This document shows, piece by piece, positions 27,110-42,167 of a stretch of DNA of 64,000 nt. How positions within the stretch are numbered: position 1 is the first letter of the stretch; every line of letters starts with the position of its first letter. The notes beneath the pieces were generated by a model. It was not told the DNA's origin. It worked only from the letters and a program-made list of their open reading frames with translations, and ran no database searches. The translations under genes and the position numbers were made by a program. This DNA comes from the human T2T-CHM13v2.0 reference genome, Homo sapiens: NCBI RefSeq assembly GCF_009914755.1, contig NC_060936.1; one strand, written 5' to 3'.

Positions 27110-27310
27110 ATTTTTAAACTTAAACAAATTTACCTAAAATGTTTGCCTTAATTGTCTCAATATAAAATCTATCCTAGTGTATAACTTATTTCATAGTGTA
27201 ATTGTGAAAATTAAATGAGTTACTATGTATCTATATATCTACACATATCACTTAGAACTATGCAAAGCACATAGTAAGCATTTTTGGAATGTTAGCTCTT
27301 ATTATTATTG
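27110..27310 (+). mobile_element. MIR 3' half
   Basis: TTGTGAAAATTAAATGAGTT...CACTTAGAAC...GCACATAGTAAGCA...GTTAGCTCTTATTATT. Confidence 0.7.
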
Positions 27311-27750
27311 CTTCTAAATGTTAGTTAATATTGTTATTATTATTATTTATTTTATTTTTTCTCTTAAGTGAGTCACACAACATGACAGGAAAAAAAAATC
27401 CAATTCAGAAAAACGGGATAAAATTGAGTTAGCTGGAAGTGAGAACATCCTTGAATGCCCTTTGAAGTGAGTGTGGAGGACTAAATTATGAATCACATAG
27501 AAAGTCAATTTATGTAAGATGGAGCAAGAAATAGAATACAGGACAATCCCCCTAAATTATGAGCTTATATTTTAGTTACAAAAACTAGAAATTAACTTAC
27601 ATATATACACATTGTTATAAAAAGAATTCTTGTTTCCTTCGAAGGAGACCTTGACGTTACCTCTGTACAAACCTCATGGACATAGCTGGTCCAAGAAGAA
27701 TTAATCTCCTAAAAACATGAGTAATACTCAAATACAGACAAATAAACTAC

Positions 27751-28470
27751 TCATTTATTTATTTGTTTATTCATTCAACCAACATTTTATGAGAATTCAC
27801 TACTACCAGACTGTATTTTAATATATTAGTAAACAAAGACATCAAGTTGCCTTTTGGCAACATTATTAACAACATAAACATCTTTGTTAGTGCATTGAAA
27901 TGTATTCGCATAGAATTTTCATCATACTGGAAGACACAGATAATAAACAGCTATAAACAGATAATATTCAGAGAATAAACAATAAATATTAAAAGTGAGT
28001 AAATTTTATATTATGTTAGGTAATGATAAGGACTGAAAAAAAGGTGAAAAAAGATGAAGAGAATGAGGAATGCTGATTAGTAGAAAGTGGAGATACTTGA
28101 GGTATAATATTAAATTGGATGGTCAGGGTAATCTTCTTTGAATAGATGAGATTTGCATGAAGATTTGCAGAATATAAGGCAATTAGCCAAGTGAACGTGT
28201 TGAAGAATATGCAAGGTTCAGACAAAAGCTGAAGTGCAAACCCTAAGACAAAAATACACTTTGTTTGAGGAAGAATAAGGAGAACTGGAAGAAATGAGAA
28301 GACTTTACAGCGTTTAATAGAGAAGTAAGAATTGAATTTGTGATTTCACAGGAATACTATGGCTAGTCTTCTAATGATAGAAAAAGGAAGACCTATTAGA
28401 AGGATAAATTTAAGAGAGAGAGAGAGAGATTAATGTGGCCGATACCAGTGTGCATTGGTGAGAAGTGTTC
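27751..28470 (-). mobile_element. L2 3' region
   Basis: TTCATTCAACCAACATTTTATGAG tail; GGTCAGGGTAATCTTCTTTGA; GGTGAGAAGTG. Confidence 0.7.
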
Positions 28471-29595
28471 AACTTCTTTCTTTCTTGTTCTTATCTTTCA
28501 TGTTTACAACTGTTTCACACAGAAGTAATCAGGTATTGAGAGATTGAGAACTGATATTTTTATAAATTTTCTTAAAGTAGATTTGTTTTACTTCAAAATT
28601 AGTTCTTATTTTGTTGCATACAACTGTCTTCAAAAGGAATGTGGGTGATTCTAATTTTGTGAAAATATAATTATGTAAACTATGAAGTATGTAGAAGACC
28701 AACAGACTTATTCATTGGTCAAAGAAAAACAAATTAAAAATGAGAAGGAATAATTTTCTTTTTAATCTTCCCTTCATTAATAAACGCTTTTCAACTATTA
28801 CAATAAGTAAAACAAGTGTATCTGAACTTCTGCAAAATTCCTGCTTTTGAGAATGGAATAATTGGTATAAAAATCTACAACAAAATCATCCAACTGGCTA
28901 TTTGATATTTTTTATGACAAAAAGGTAGTTTTATTGAAAGTTTTGCCTTTTTGCTAGTAACATTTTATTAGCCAAATAGAATAAAATATATTATGTCAGT
29001 GTAAGAATGAGATGCTTATAAAGACCAGAACAGCAGAAACTAAACATGTAGGAAACATTCCATTTGCTCCAGAAACGCTGTTTGTCGTGGTTGTTGTAAT
29101 ATATCAGTATTTATAAAATTTATCTTTTTTTCTAATAGCGACACTAAATTCCCTCTAGTTACAGTAATAGCCTGGTTGATTCTGCCTTTCATCCACAATG
29201 GTTATTTTTATGTATATTTGATGGAAAATATTAAATAAGCCAACCCCTGCTCCCACCTGAACATTTAATGTTGCTTGTGAGAGCTATGCATATATCTAGG
29301 TGATCCTGACAACTCCTAGCTTTCATGTGTCTGAATGAAAAGTCACAGGGCACTTGGAGTCTTGAGGTTGAGGCAAGTTCAATCAAAACATGTTGGAGCA
29401 ATCCTGAATGTGAAGGTGAAAAACAGAAGACCATATACATTACAGTGCAGACAAATTTAACCAAGTGATTCCCTTCTCTCCCCCTTTCTTTCTTAAATAA
29501 GCAGATGTCAACTATATTCAAACTCTAGAAAGAATCAATTAATATCCATACAATATCAGTTTTGTTAGTGCATGTGTGTCTGCATCAGAACGTAC

Positions 29596-29617
29596 AAACA
29601 CACACACACACACACAA
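29596..29617. repeat. (CA)n microsatellite
   Basis: About 9-10 CA units. Confidence 0.85.
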
Positions 29618-30530
29618 ATACAGAATGGTAAACTTTTGGAAGAGAAATAGAATAAAATCTTTATTTTCAAGCTTGTCAGAAAATCTACCTTATTAAGCAA
29701 TGGCCTGTTTACAGTGTTTATATTCTAAATGTTTTCTGTTAAACACTCGCACATGATGCTCAAAAGTTATAAATTAAAAATAAAATCCAGAACAGTCTAA
29801 CTGATACTCAAATTTCATTTATAGTTTAGAAAATGGTCCTTTTAAAGAACTGATCATTCAATGCTTAACTAATAGGGAAATACTAATTTTTGACTTTTTA
29901 CTGTTAAGGAAAAATGTTTAGAAGCATTAAGGCTACATGATTAAGTGGCTGTTAACAAATTCTGGAATTTATAACATCAAAATGTATTGGTAATTGCAGA
30001 GTAATGTTTGAAAATAAATCTTCTTGACTATTTTCAAAATATTTCTAAAAATCATACTTTATTATTTGTTCCCTAACACTATAATTTTCTATAGTTAGGG
30101 ACTAGTACTTTGAAAAGAAGACCATGAAAAGCCACATATTTTAAAAACATGAACGTTATTGTGAAAAATTACTTTGAATATTAGTGATAAAGTAAATAAA
30201 ATGGTCAAAATATATTCCTGTGGCAAAAATTGGTAGAGGCCACAGAATTTCCAGGCTTACAGCATGGAGGCAAGTATTGTGTATTTCTTAAAGCAGAATT
30301 TTCAATATTTTTCAAATTAAAATAATTTTTCATTAGAGTCATAAAAAGATGAATGGCAATCCAGAATTATTAAGTAAGGGTCTTCTGAAAAAAAAGAAAT
30401 GGGAATCTGTATTTTTAATAAATAAGTCAAGCTATTCCTATAATTATAAAAGCTTGGGAGAAACAGTCTCAAGTGATATATTTTACAAACTTCTTAGATT
30501 TAGAATATTAACATCACCCCAGAAGATTTT

Positions 30531-31094
30531 TTTATTACTCAGGGTTCTCTAAAGAAACAGAACCAATGGGAGCTGTTATAAATTAAAGAGAGAGAGCAAG
30601 AAAGAGAGAGAAACTGATATTTATTATGAGCATTGGCTCATGTGGTTATAGAAGCGAAGAAATCTCAAGACCTGCCATCTCGTCTCTCTATGCTGGAGAA
30701 CCAGGAAAGCCAATGGTGTAATTAAATCTGAATCCAAAGGCCTGAGAAGTAGGGATCTTTCGTTGTAAGTCCTAAACTCTAAAGGCCCAAGAACCTTCAG
30801 CAGGGGTTATGATGTTGGAGAGCAGAAAAAGCTGGATGTCTCAGAAAAAAAAAATAAATGAATAAATTAGTCTTTCCTCTGCCTTTTTGTTATATTTGGA
30901 ACCTCTGTGGTTTGGAGGATGTCTGCCCACATTGGTGAAGGCAATCTTCTTTACTCAATGTACCAATTCAAATGCTAATCTCTTCCAGAAATACCCTCAC
31001 AGACACACCCAGAAACAATGTTTTGCCAGCTATCCCTATTCTATCCCGGCATCTTTTAGCCTAGTCAAGTTGACACATAAAACTAACCATCACC
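30531..31094 (-). mobile_element. MLT2B/C-type ERVL solo LTR
   Basis: CAGGGTTCTCTAAAGAAACAGAACCAAT...AGTCAAGTTGACACATAAAACTAACCATCAC; near-TSD ATTTT/ATTTC. Confidence 0.85.
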
Positions 31095-32105
<1,011 letters not shown>

Positions 32106-32420
32106 TTGGCCCTCTCCCTGTGATAATCCTCATTATCAGCCCTTTGCCCAGTTTCTAATCACATCCATGCTCAGTGACAGCGCAGCTGTGAAATGACAGC
32201 CAGTTTTCCCTAATCCTGTTTACTTCATTATTTCCCCATTGCCTTTAAAGTTGTCTATCTGTTTGGGGATTATTTGGTTTCTTTTGTCTTTTTTTGTTTC
32301 TAAATCTGGCCTTCTTTTTCACCTCTCAGTGGGAGCCTTGGCTAAGTAAGCTATTCCATCCGAATCAGAGGCAAAAGTCCCACCAAACAAATTTAATAAA
32401 TTAAAGAGGTTTATGCTATC

Positions 32421-33030
32421 CCTCCTCTCATCAGGGTTCTTCAGATAAACAAACCAAAAGGATATAGATATAGGCATAGACTTTGACACAGACATAGACA
32501 TGGACATAGACATAGACATATGAGAATAGATTTATCTCAGGGGTAGACTCACACAGTTGTGGAGGCTGATAAGTCTTAGGCCTTCTGCAAGCTGGAGAAC
32601 CAGGGAAGCCAATATCATAGTCCAGTGCAAGTCTAAGTCCTCAGAGCCAGAGAAGCTGATGGTATTATTCTCAATCTGAGTCTGATAGCCTGAGAAACTG
32701 GGCGCCTGCTTGTGCAGGTCTTGAAGTCCAAAGGCCAGAGAACTTCTACTTCTGATGTCCAAGAGCAAGTGAAGAAGGATGTCCCAACTCCAGAAGAGAG
32801 AGGGAAACAGAGAGAGTTAATTCACCTTTTCTCTGCCTTTTTGTTCTATGTGCAACTTCAGATGGTGCCAGTCCTCACTGAGTGAGCGCAGATCTTCCTT
32901 ATTCAGTCCACTGTTTCAAATGCTAATCTCTTCTAGAAACACCCTCCCAGGCACACCAAAAAATAATGCTTTCTCAGGAAACTGGTCATTCTTTAATCCA
33001 GTCAGCTGACACCTAAAATTAACAATTTCA
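32421..33030 (-). mobile_element. MLT2B-type ERVL solo LTR with (GACATA)n tract
   Basis: CAGGGTTCTTCAG...CTGCAAGCTGGAGAACCAGGGAAGCC...CAAATGCTAATCTCTTCTAGAAACACCCTC...GACACCTAAAATTAAC. Confidence 0.85.
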
Positions 33031-34869
33031 CTACCCTACAAAGCACTAGATGATTTGGCTATTGCTTTCTTCTCAACTTCTTCTTCTTCTGTTGTCCTCC
33101 CTATGCCCTATGCTCAAACCCAATTTGCCTTCTTTTTTAATTCTGTGACCATTCCCCAGATTTAATCACGTATAGTGACATTTGCATTTGCTTTATGCTT
33201 CTTCTGTTTGAAAAACTTTCACAGATGTTTTAATCCTGCCACATTTTCATCATTCCTATCTAAACTCAGATACCATAAATAGAGACACTGCAAGTAACTG
33301 GTCCTAATAAGGTAACTGATCCATTGTAAGAAGTAAACTAGAAGGCACTGAATATCTTCCAGGCTAGAAATAGATGAACCTTAATAAACATTTGCAAAAT
33401 ATTTTGATAAACACTGGCCATAGCACTTTGGGGCATAGACCATGTACTTATGAAAACCATATTATTATGAATAACATGTAATTTATATAGAAAAATTCCA
33501 GATATCCATATAGTCTACTTCTTCAAGTGTTCAATAATGTTCTAAACACAGAGATACAATTGGTATAATTGCAACCTCTCCAAAAGCATAAAGATAAGGT
33601 AATAACTTTGCTAAAAAAAGGCTCTCAGCCTGTGGCCAGCAGTCCAAGTTGACTGTGAAAACATGACAAGATTCCCCTTGTCCAAGTTAGTAAAGCTGAA
33701 GCCCCACCCTAAAGTTAGTATACCTGAAAGTAAAAAGTAAGACATTATCATTCACATGGTAGAACGTGAAGTTTTAAAGGACAACAGACAGAAGTCGCTC
33801 CAGAAACTATTTTTTCAAATATTTATTTGTAACCCTCCTTCTGGGTCTCCAAATACATTTCTTAGAGTACTTGATATTGCTCCACAGCTCATTGAATCTC
33901 CCATATAATATTTTTCAGCATTTTCTTTCTCTGTGCTTCAGTTTTGATAGTTTATATTGCCATATCATCAAAGTCACTGGTCATTCCTGTACCATTTCTA
34001 AATTGCTGTTAACTTCATCCTAAGTCATAGATTACATTTTCTATTTTGTTCAATTTTAGTAAATTTTCGTTTATATTGGATCTTGTATGATTTTTCTTAT
34101 GACTGAGAGGTAAATTATCTGTGAATAAGCTTGACTTCTTTGAGGCTTGTGTTTAAGCTTTGTTGCAGGAGATCTGTTACAGTCTTTATTGCTACTTTTT
34201 TATTCCACTGAAGACTGACTTTTCTTGAAATTATTTTTCAAGTGTTTTCCTCAGGTGTAGTGCCTGCTTGATGTCTCTAAAATTTTGTTTATTTGCATAG
34301 ATTTTTCTTTCCCCTTCAGTATAGATACCTTGGAAGGATATTGCATAATTTGGTTATGGCCATATCCTCTCCATCATCTGTGAATATTAGTTAATAATCA
34401 TCAAGTTTGTAATGCCAGACTAATATTTTATACTTTATAAGTACTAATAGTTATTTGTTGTGCCTGAAAACACATAAGATTTTTTTTTTTTCTCTTTATG
34501 GTTATGCTTCACTGATTTGACCAGGATATGCTAGAGTTCTTGTTTTGTTTTGTTTGGGGGGAGTTTATTTGTTTTGTTTCTTTATTATTTATTCATGCTG
34601 AATTTTCCAAGCTCTTTTGGTCTTAGATTTAGTCTCTTGAACTCAGAGAAACTTTACTCAATTATTTTTAAGTGCTGATCTTCTTTCATTTTTCTATCTT
34701 CTCCTTAAATCCTAGAGGCACTAGCTACTCTAGATACGTGTTCTTTTCTGCAACATTTTCTTTTTATTGAACGAAATTGCCTAGAAACTTGTACCATTGC
34801 ATGTGATGCTAACACAAAATAAAATATGCAATGCGAGTACATTTATAAAAAGGTCAACGATACATTAAT

Positions 34870-35035
34870 AGCTGGGAGCACTGGCTCATACTTGTAATCC
34901 CAGCTACTCAGGAGGCTGAGGTGGGAATATGCCTTGAGCACAGGATTTTGAGGCTGCAGAGAACTATGATAGCACCACTGCACTCCAGCCTGAGTGATAG
35001 AGTGAGACCGTGTCTCTGATTAAAGAAATAAACAA
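34870..35035 (+). mobile_element. Free right Alu monomer (FRAM-like) within an old L1 3' fragment
   Basis: TGTAATCCCAGCTACTCAGGAGGCTGAGG...CACTGCACTCCAGCCTG...GAGACCGTGTCTC. Confidence 0.85.
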
Positions 35036-38000
35036 CACTGTTACAGAAACATACAAATAGGCAGGAAAACTAGAATAAAAACAAAAAAGTAATTACCATC
35101 AAAGCCATCATATGTGTTATTTGCACATCTTTCAGACATACATATTGGTGGTAAAAATACAAAGAAAAGTAAAAGCCAATTGCCATTAAACTTAGAAGGG
35201 TGGTTATTCCTGAGAGAGGATATGTGTTTAGACAAGAAATTATGAGGGACTTCTGGAGAGGTGACAATTTTCTTTCCAACCTAGACGGTGATTACATGGC
35301 ATTGATTTCAGTTATATGATATGCTGCATTATACAATTTTATGCACTGTTGTGTGTATATATATATTATTTTTCACACTCTTAAAAAGGAAAATAGGCAG
35401 ACATATTTATTTTCTTTAAGAAACCCAGAGTTCAAAAAGCAGACTTGAAAATCTATAATACTTCAAAAGTAACATTTGTATAATTAATAAATGGAAGACA
35501 ACTTGGTTAAACAGAAGAAAACAAAGTGTTTACTAACAGTGTCATTTGGCTATGAACTTGAAAATTAGGCATGGAATAGTCTATATTAATGTGAATCACA
35601 TTTTCCCTTATGTATGTAGCATCTAAAATTTCTGTGAAACAGGGAATAGTCGCATGGCTTACCATCCAGTCTAAATACTCAACATTACTGCCAACCTGAG
35701 AAGCTATATATTCAGACCAAGTTGATGCACTAAAAACGTGAATTATAACCAATTATAAGGACCCAGTAAAATCATAGGAGAAGTAGAGGAGGAAGTAACA
35801 CAATATTATATATTTTACTTTTGCACCTCTTTCAATAGTTTATTATTCAGACAAATCATAATCCCAGAAAGATTATACTCTCTGGGTGGTTAACTTCAAC
35901 AGTGCAAGTGAAATATTTTAGTTCTTCATAGACTAAGTTATACAGCTCAAAAGATGCTAGTCACTAACTAGATCTCTCTAATTCCCTAGGCGTTCTTAAC
36001 TCTTCCACTTACCTATTATGGAACTTTTAAAATTTAAATTTTCTTTTGTATATCTGCTGCCATTCTTGCTTGCTCAATTGCTCACTCACTGTAGAGTTTA
36101 AGTAAACCCAGACCAGGAGAAATTATCCTGAATCCTTCTTTTGGTGGTGTTGTAAGATTTTCTCACAGTCTTTTTTGCTGCTATAATTTCCATTTTATAT
36201 ATATTTTTTTCTCGCTGAACTCTTCTGTCACAACCAATCCTTTTTCACAGTTTATACATTTCCAATTATGGCAAAAAGGTATCCCAATACTTCCCAAGAC
36301 TTCCCAAGAGTCCCAAGACAAAAAAAGACTTCCTAATATTTCCTAAGAGTTGTCTGACAACTCTTTCTACAACATTTATAGTATTTAAAAATCCCTTTCC
36401 CTTCTGGATTTTGAGCTCACTTTGATGGATTTGTGCTAAGCAACTTCTCTTTCCACTGGACATTTTCTTTCATTTGAAGCCTGATTTAGGGGGATATATA
36501 GTCACTCCAACTTTACGTAGAAAAACTCTTAAGTGATATCTCCCTTTTAATATGAGGACATTATATATTTCCACTGTATTATACAGAACGAACTTCAAGG
36601 ACAGGAGGAATTTCTCTTTTCATAGATTCAGTCCATCGTTCCGGAATTCCAATTGTGTAATGCAGATTACTTGAGGCTATTTTTTCACTATCTTTCCATT
36701 CCTTGGGTGATAGCAGTCATATCAGTTTGGGTCATATTGGTTTGGTTTCACCCAAGGGCTAGAAGGCCAATTTGCATTATGCGAATGTGCTAGCTGCTTA
36801 ATTGTCTAGTCTAGACATAAACCTTGTCCAGGGACAGCTAGACACAGTTGAATGGAGATGGTAGCACACAGACATGTGACTTTGGAATTGAGGAATGACA
36901 GAGACCCTGGCTTTTCTGAAAAACATGGGGATAGGGTTCTTATGGACATATAAGTAAACATTTGCTATTAAAAAAATGAAGTTTTAAGAAATCATTCTAA
37001 ACATTTCTACTGTATACATTTTTGGTTTCCTTATTTCAAACTTTGAGTACCCTTACTCTTTCTCAGCTATTAATTGCTAAATGTTATATCTTGAAATTGA
37101 TAATATAAATTGGGCAAGTAATATGTAGGGCACAAGACATGGGAGCTTAAATGGCTAAATATAATTTGTTTTTCAGCTTTGTGTTTTTAGGTTTGGGTTC
37201 CTATAAAATTTAATTTTGATCTTAAAACCAAAGTTTTGCATTAAAGAATACCCAGTTTTCACAGCAATCATTTTTTAAGATTTTCTATTTTGCTTCTTCC
37301 ACACTGAAAATAAAATTTTGTGTGATATTCTGAAAGTGATAAATCAAACATTATGCAATATGTGGTAGTCTGTGGCTTCTGAGGGAAATTAATAACATCT
37401 GTAATTGGGAACTTTGTTGAAACCAAATCTCAAATAAATGGCACCATGAATGCTATTATTGACTGGGAAAATTACTGTCTAAATAAAAATGAAAATCCAT
37501 GTTTCAGGCTGTTATTATTTCCTTGCCTCAAGTTAATTTCCTCTATACCACCTTTCCCACTGGTGACAGCCACTACAATTTTCTCTAACCACAAGCATAT
37601 TACTGTTCAGATGCTACAAATAGCACAAAGCATATCCGTACTGGAGAAACCCGGAATGTAGCTCTATTTTCATTCTAGGTTCAAAGTATTTTTTTTGGAA
37701 AATGATAAGCAGATATGGAAGTTAGCCCCAGTAGCATTCCAGCACCCATAAATATAGTGTTTTAGTATAAATATCTATAATAGTTTTGTCCTATTTAGTA
37801 ATTAGGTCTCATTTGCATGTCCAAATAATACTGTGAGAAGAATATATTGTAAAATAATAATTATGTGAAATATCAGCTATAAAATTACTGAAGGACACAT
37901 TTTGAAATCATTCAGAGTGTGCTGACATAGGATAGTTCTTAGTTATTACACCAAGAATCAGACTAGTTTCTGGGTTCTCAGGTAGTCATGAAAAAACATT

Positions 38001-39909
38001 CCATCTTGTCAGGTTTCTTGTCCTATTCTTGAATGATTCTATTTTACGTTCTATTTTAACTGCAAAAATCCACAAATTTTTCAGATAAAGAATCTAAACT
38101 TCTTAAAGTTAAGGAAATTTCATAGTGACAAATAATTCATGAAAGAGCCATGATTGCAAATCTGGTCTACCTGATTCCAAAGTCCATGATTTTTCATTCT
38201 TCCTTACTATTCTCCATTATTCTCATCAATATCCTACACAGGCAGATAGTCCTTAATCATAAAAGTTACAAAAATCACACTCATGGTGTCCTGGAAAATG
38301 CAATGAAATCAGTTAAAAGTTGTGGCAATGGCATCAGGTAGAAGGCACCGTAATAGTTGAGCTAGAGGCAATGGGGTTCTAAAATAGGGAAACACCCATA
38401 ATCATGACAAGAGAGGAACAGATATAATTGATGTATATTTAAAATATATAGGACATAACTCTTTTGATGTTAAGTATGAAGAAGATGTAGGCTGCATCAT
38501 TTCCTATGACTTTTGAAGCTCTAATCAAAATATGAGTTAGGGCAATTAGATTTACCTTTTAGAAATTTAGAATTTGGAAGCCATGAGACTAAGTCTGTTT
38601 CCACTGACACTTGAGGTAAAAAACATAAAATTTTCAGATTCGGCTGTAAATTAAAAAAACAAAATAATTTAGGCACACAGAAAGGAACAGAGATCTAATG
38701 ACTGAAAGAACTTCTGGCCCATGATAAATAGAAATATCCATTCCTAATGGCTTTCAAATTCCCACTTGCACTCTATGGGAGGCCTGGATATATCTTGATC
38801 CGTCTATGGGTGGGGACCAGAGTGACATATTACAAAAACACTAGCTTGAGCTTATTTGAGTAAGTTTTTGTTCCTTGTAACAACAACAAAAATCCAAACC
38901 AAACAAATATCTCCCTTTAACTGAGAAGAAACATAAATTGTTGTGGAATGTCTGCCTTAACTGTGATAGACATATACAGGGGTTAAAGGCATAAAGAATT
39001 AAAAGCCAGTAAGAGAAACTGTAGACAGTAGGGTAATTTAGGCATATATGCATAACTATTTTCCAGAAATCTACTGTGATGATCCTAACTCATTGATGAA
39101 ATAAGAGATTTTGTATCCATACGACAGAAATTTTAAGGAAATTTATCTATAAATCAACTTCAAATTAAACCAAACAGAAGGAAAGGCTGGTTCCAAATAA
39201 CAGAGTAAAGAAAAGTAATTTGTTTTAAATAGGATAATTTCACTGATGTTATCTTAGATTTCAGTTGTTATCTTATTAATATAATCAAAGGTAAAAATCC
39301 ATCTATGAAAAAGAAATGAAAATTTTATAAATCATTGATTATATACAGTTATGCTAAGTACTATGAAAAATCTAGTTGAAATAAGCAGCATTCTTATTAA
39401 AAGTAAATTATCTTCTTGGCTTTAGATTCAGAATAAAAAAATCACAGTCAGGAAAAAAAATTGAGAAGCATTTTTAGGTGAAAATGACTCCAGTCTTGCC
39501 TAATTTTTTTTTAGAAGCTGCTTTCAAACAGATAAGGATTAAAAATTCCACTGTTTGGTACTAATCTAGAGATAATTATCTATCTATGTACCTACCTACA
39601 TATCTATCAAAACATAGTGCATGTATATATAAGCCTATATATCTGCTTAACTGTAATAAAATTTAAAAAAATATTTGAAATGTAAAATAAATATGACATA
39701 ATTAGGGTCAATCTCTAAAATGTAAAATAAATATATTGACATAATCAGGTTTAACCTTTTGGGTTAATCCTTTGTTGTGCTTACAAAGCAAATTTTATGT
39801 TAACTTAACCATAAGCAAAAGCCTGTAGTATCACATTATTCCTTAGTTTAAGGAAGAGCTAAGGATTCTGCAGGTTAAAAAAAATAATGTTTTTCTTCAT
39901 TTTATACCA

Positions 39910-41001
39910 TGTGATATTATTTGTGCGTATTGGTTTTCTTCCATGGTTTCAGTCTCATAGCTCCCATAGCCCTTGATATTTACTAAGTGACTAAAGTGAT
40001 ATCTTTTGTGAAAGCATCTTTTGTCTTTGATTCCTGAAACAACTTTGAAACAGATTCTTAGTGATAAAGGTGGAAGTCTCTGGTTATAATGTTGGGGTAC
40101 TTTAGGCCTTAGAAGCAAGACTCAGAAAATAGAATCTCTCTGACCTTCTCCTACCGTCCTTTCACCTGCTCCTTTTTCTACCCAAGGCCTTCCATAGAAA
40201 CTTAAAATATATTCTTCCCTTGCCTTTATGTCTTGGAGCTGGCCATCAAGATATTCTCTGACCCACCTTGCCTGATTGTAAGTCAGACTGATTTCAGAAG
40301 AGGTTCTGCCCCATACTCAGGAGGAAAGAATGTTGTACAGAGATGCCAAGAAGAATCTGAACAGGCAGACCTCGCTGGGTTTTCCCACTCAGTCTACTAG
40401 TATTAGATCACACCCTTTTTGACCAATCACATTTCTACATCATTATCCATGCTTCAATCATGCCTATACAATGAAGTCTCAAAAAAAGGCCCAAGAGGAG
40501 AGGTTACAGTGAGCTTCTGGACAGCTGAACTGATGGAGGCTTACAGGAAGGTGAAGAGGAATTCATGTACTTGTTGGGAGGGTGCACCCCAACTCCATGG
40601 GAACTGAAGCTCCTGCACTCAGGATCCTTCCAGATCTCACCCTACGTTATTTCTTTGCTTCCCTTTTTGTGAGCTACTATAGCAAATTAATGGAACCTGA
40701 TGAAGAGGTTGTGGAAACCAAACTTGAAGCTGAGCCAGTTGGTCTGAAGTTCTGGAGGCCTGGATTTGTGACTGGTGTCTGACATGTGGGCTGTCTTGTG
40801 GTTCTGAGTCCTCAACCTGTGGGATGTGATGCTATCTCAGGTTAGAGAGTCTCAGAATTGCACTGGAGTAGAAGACACCTGGTTGGTCTCCGCTACAAAA
40901 TTGATTGCTCGCTTGCTGGTGGAAAAAATCCCCACACATATGGTGTCAGAAGCGTGTTGTGAGAGTATAATGGGAGAAGCTGAGTTTGTTTTTTCTACTT
41001 A
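39910..41001 (+). mobile_element. MER21A-like solo LTR
   Basis: TGTGATATT start; CCAATCAC, CCCCAACTCCATGGGAACTGAAGCTCCTGCACTCAGG, CTCAACCTGTGGGAT; flanked by TACCA direct repeat. Confidence 0.8.
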
Positions 41002-41474
41002 TACCATTCATGTTTTTAATTCTCTCTTAACGTGAGTCATATTCATTCAACAATGTATAACTCCTATGTCAGGTATTCCCTGGTCATAATGTTCTCTAGC
41101 TCTTTGATTTGAAATTCTGACTTATATAGTATACACACCTTTCTCAGAACACTTAACATCTATAGAGACATTAGGCAGGAGGAATAAATTGTTACCAGGA
41201 AGGAAGGCAGGAAGAAGAGACAGGAAATAAAGTGTTGTGTTCTATTGCGAACAAAGCACTGTGATGGTTACTTTATCTTTAATTCCTAATAACACCAAGC
41301 AGTAATTGTCCTGATCTGGCAAATTGGAAAACAGGATCAGGCATGGTGGTTCTGACTTTACCCCACAAGTTCTCCTCCAGCAAACTAGGGCATGCTGTGT
41401 TAGCACTGTCAATATTACAGCAGTGAATTCAAAGCCAAGTGAAAAATCTCAGCTACAATAATAAAGGGTGTTAG

Positions 41475-41725
41475 AAGATAGTGGTTAAGAACACAAGGTC
41501 CAACATTAGGTGTCCTAGGTTCAAATCCAGGTCTGAGATATATTAAGTTTATGACCTTGGGCAATTTATGTAACTTCTCCATGCTACAGATAGTTCATCT
41601 GTAACAACGGGATAATACATTCTGCTACTCAAGTTATTGTAATTATTCAATCAGTTAATATGTGTAAAATATCTAGGTGAGTGTTTGGTTCACAGTAAGA
41701 GCTTTATAGGTTTGCTAATAATGTT
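41475..41725 (+). mobile_element. MIR, near full length
   Basis: TAGTGGTTAAGAAC...GGTTCAAATCC...TGACCTTGGGCAA...CATCTGTAA...CACAGTAAGAGC. Confidence 0.85.
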
Positions 41726-41925
41726 GCTGCTTAAAATTAAACCTGGTGGATAAAATGAGGATAATTTTCTGTCCTAGAACCTAAAGCATCTTTCTTGTTC
41801 ACTGCTGTGCATCTTCTACAAACAAGACATTGTGCATTCCTAGCAATCTCTTTTCATCTTAATCCTTCAGTCTAAGGATTTACTATTCTAAGTAAAGTAG
41901 AATTTTCTGCAGTTTTCCTTCCCGT

Positions 41926-42140
41926 TTTTAGCTTTTATTTTAAGTTCATAAGCAGGATGTGCAGGTTTGTTACATAGGTAAATGTGGGGGTTTGTTATAC
42001 AGATTGTTTCATCACCAGGTATTAAGCCTAGTATCCATTAGTTATTTTTTCTGATCCTCTCCCTTCTCCCACCTTCCACCCTCTGATAGACTCGTGTGTT
42101 TTTCCCTCTATGTGCCCATGTGTTCTCATTATTTAGCTCT
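41926..42140 (-). mobile_element. Short L1PA13-16-like 3' end
   Basis: GTGCAGGTTTGTTACATAGGTAAA...ATTAAGCCTAGTATCCATTAGTTATTTTT. Confidence 0.85.
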
Positions 42141-42167
42141 TTTCTCTAACCTAAAGTAATTTCTCTG

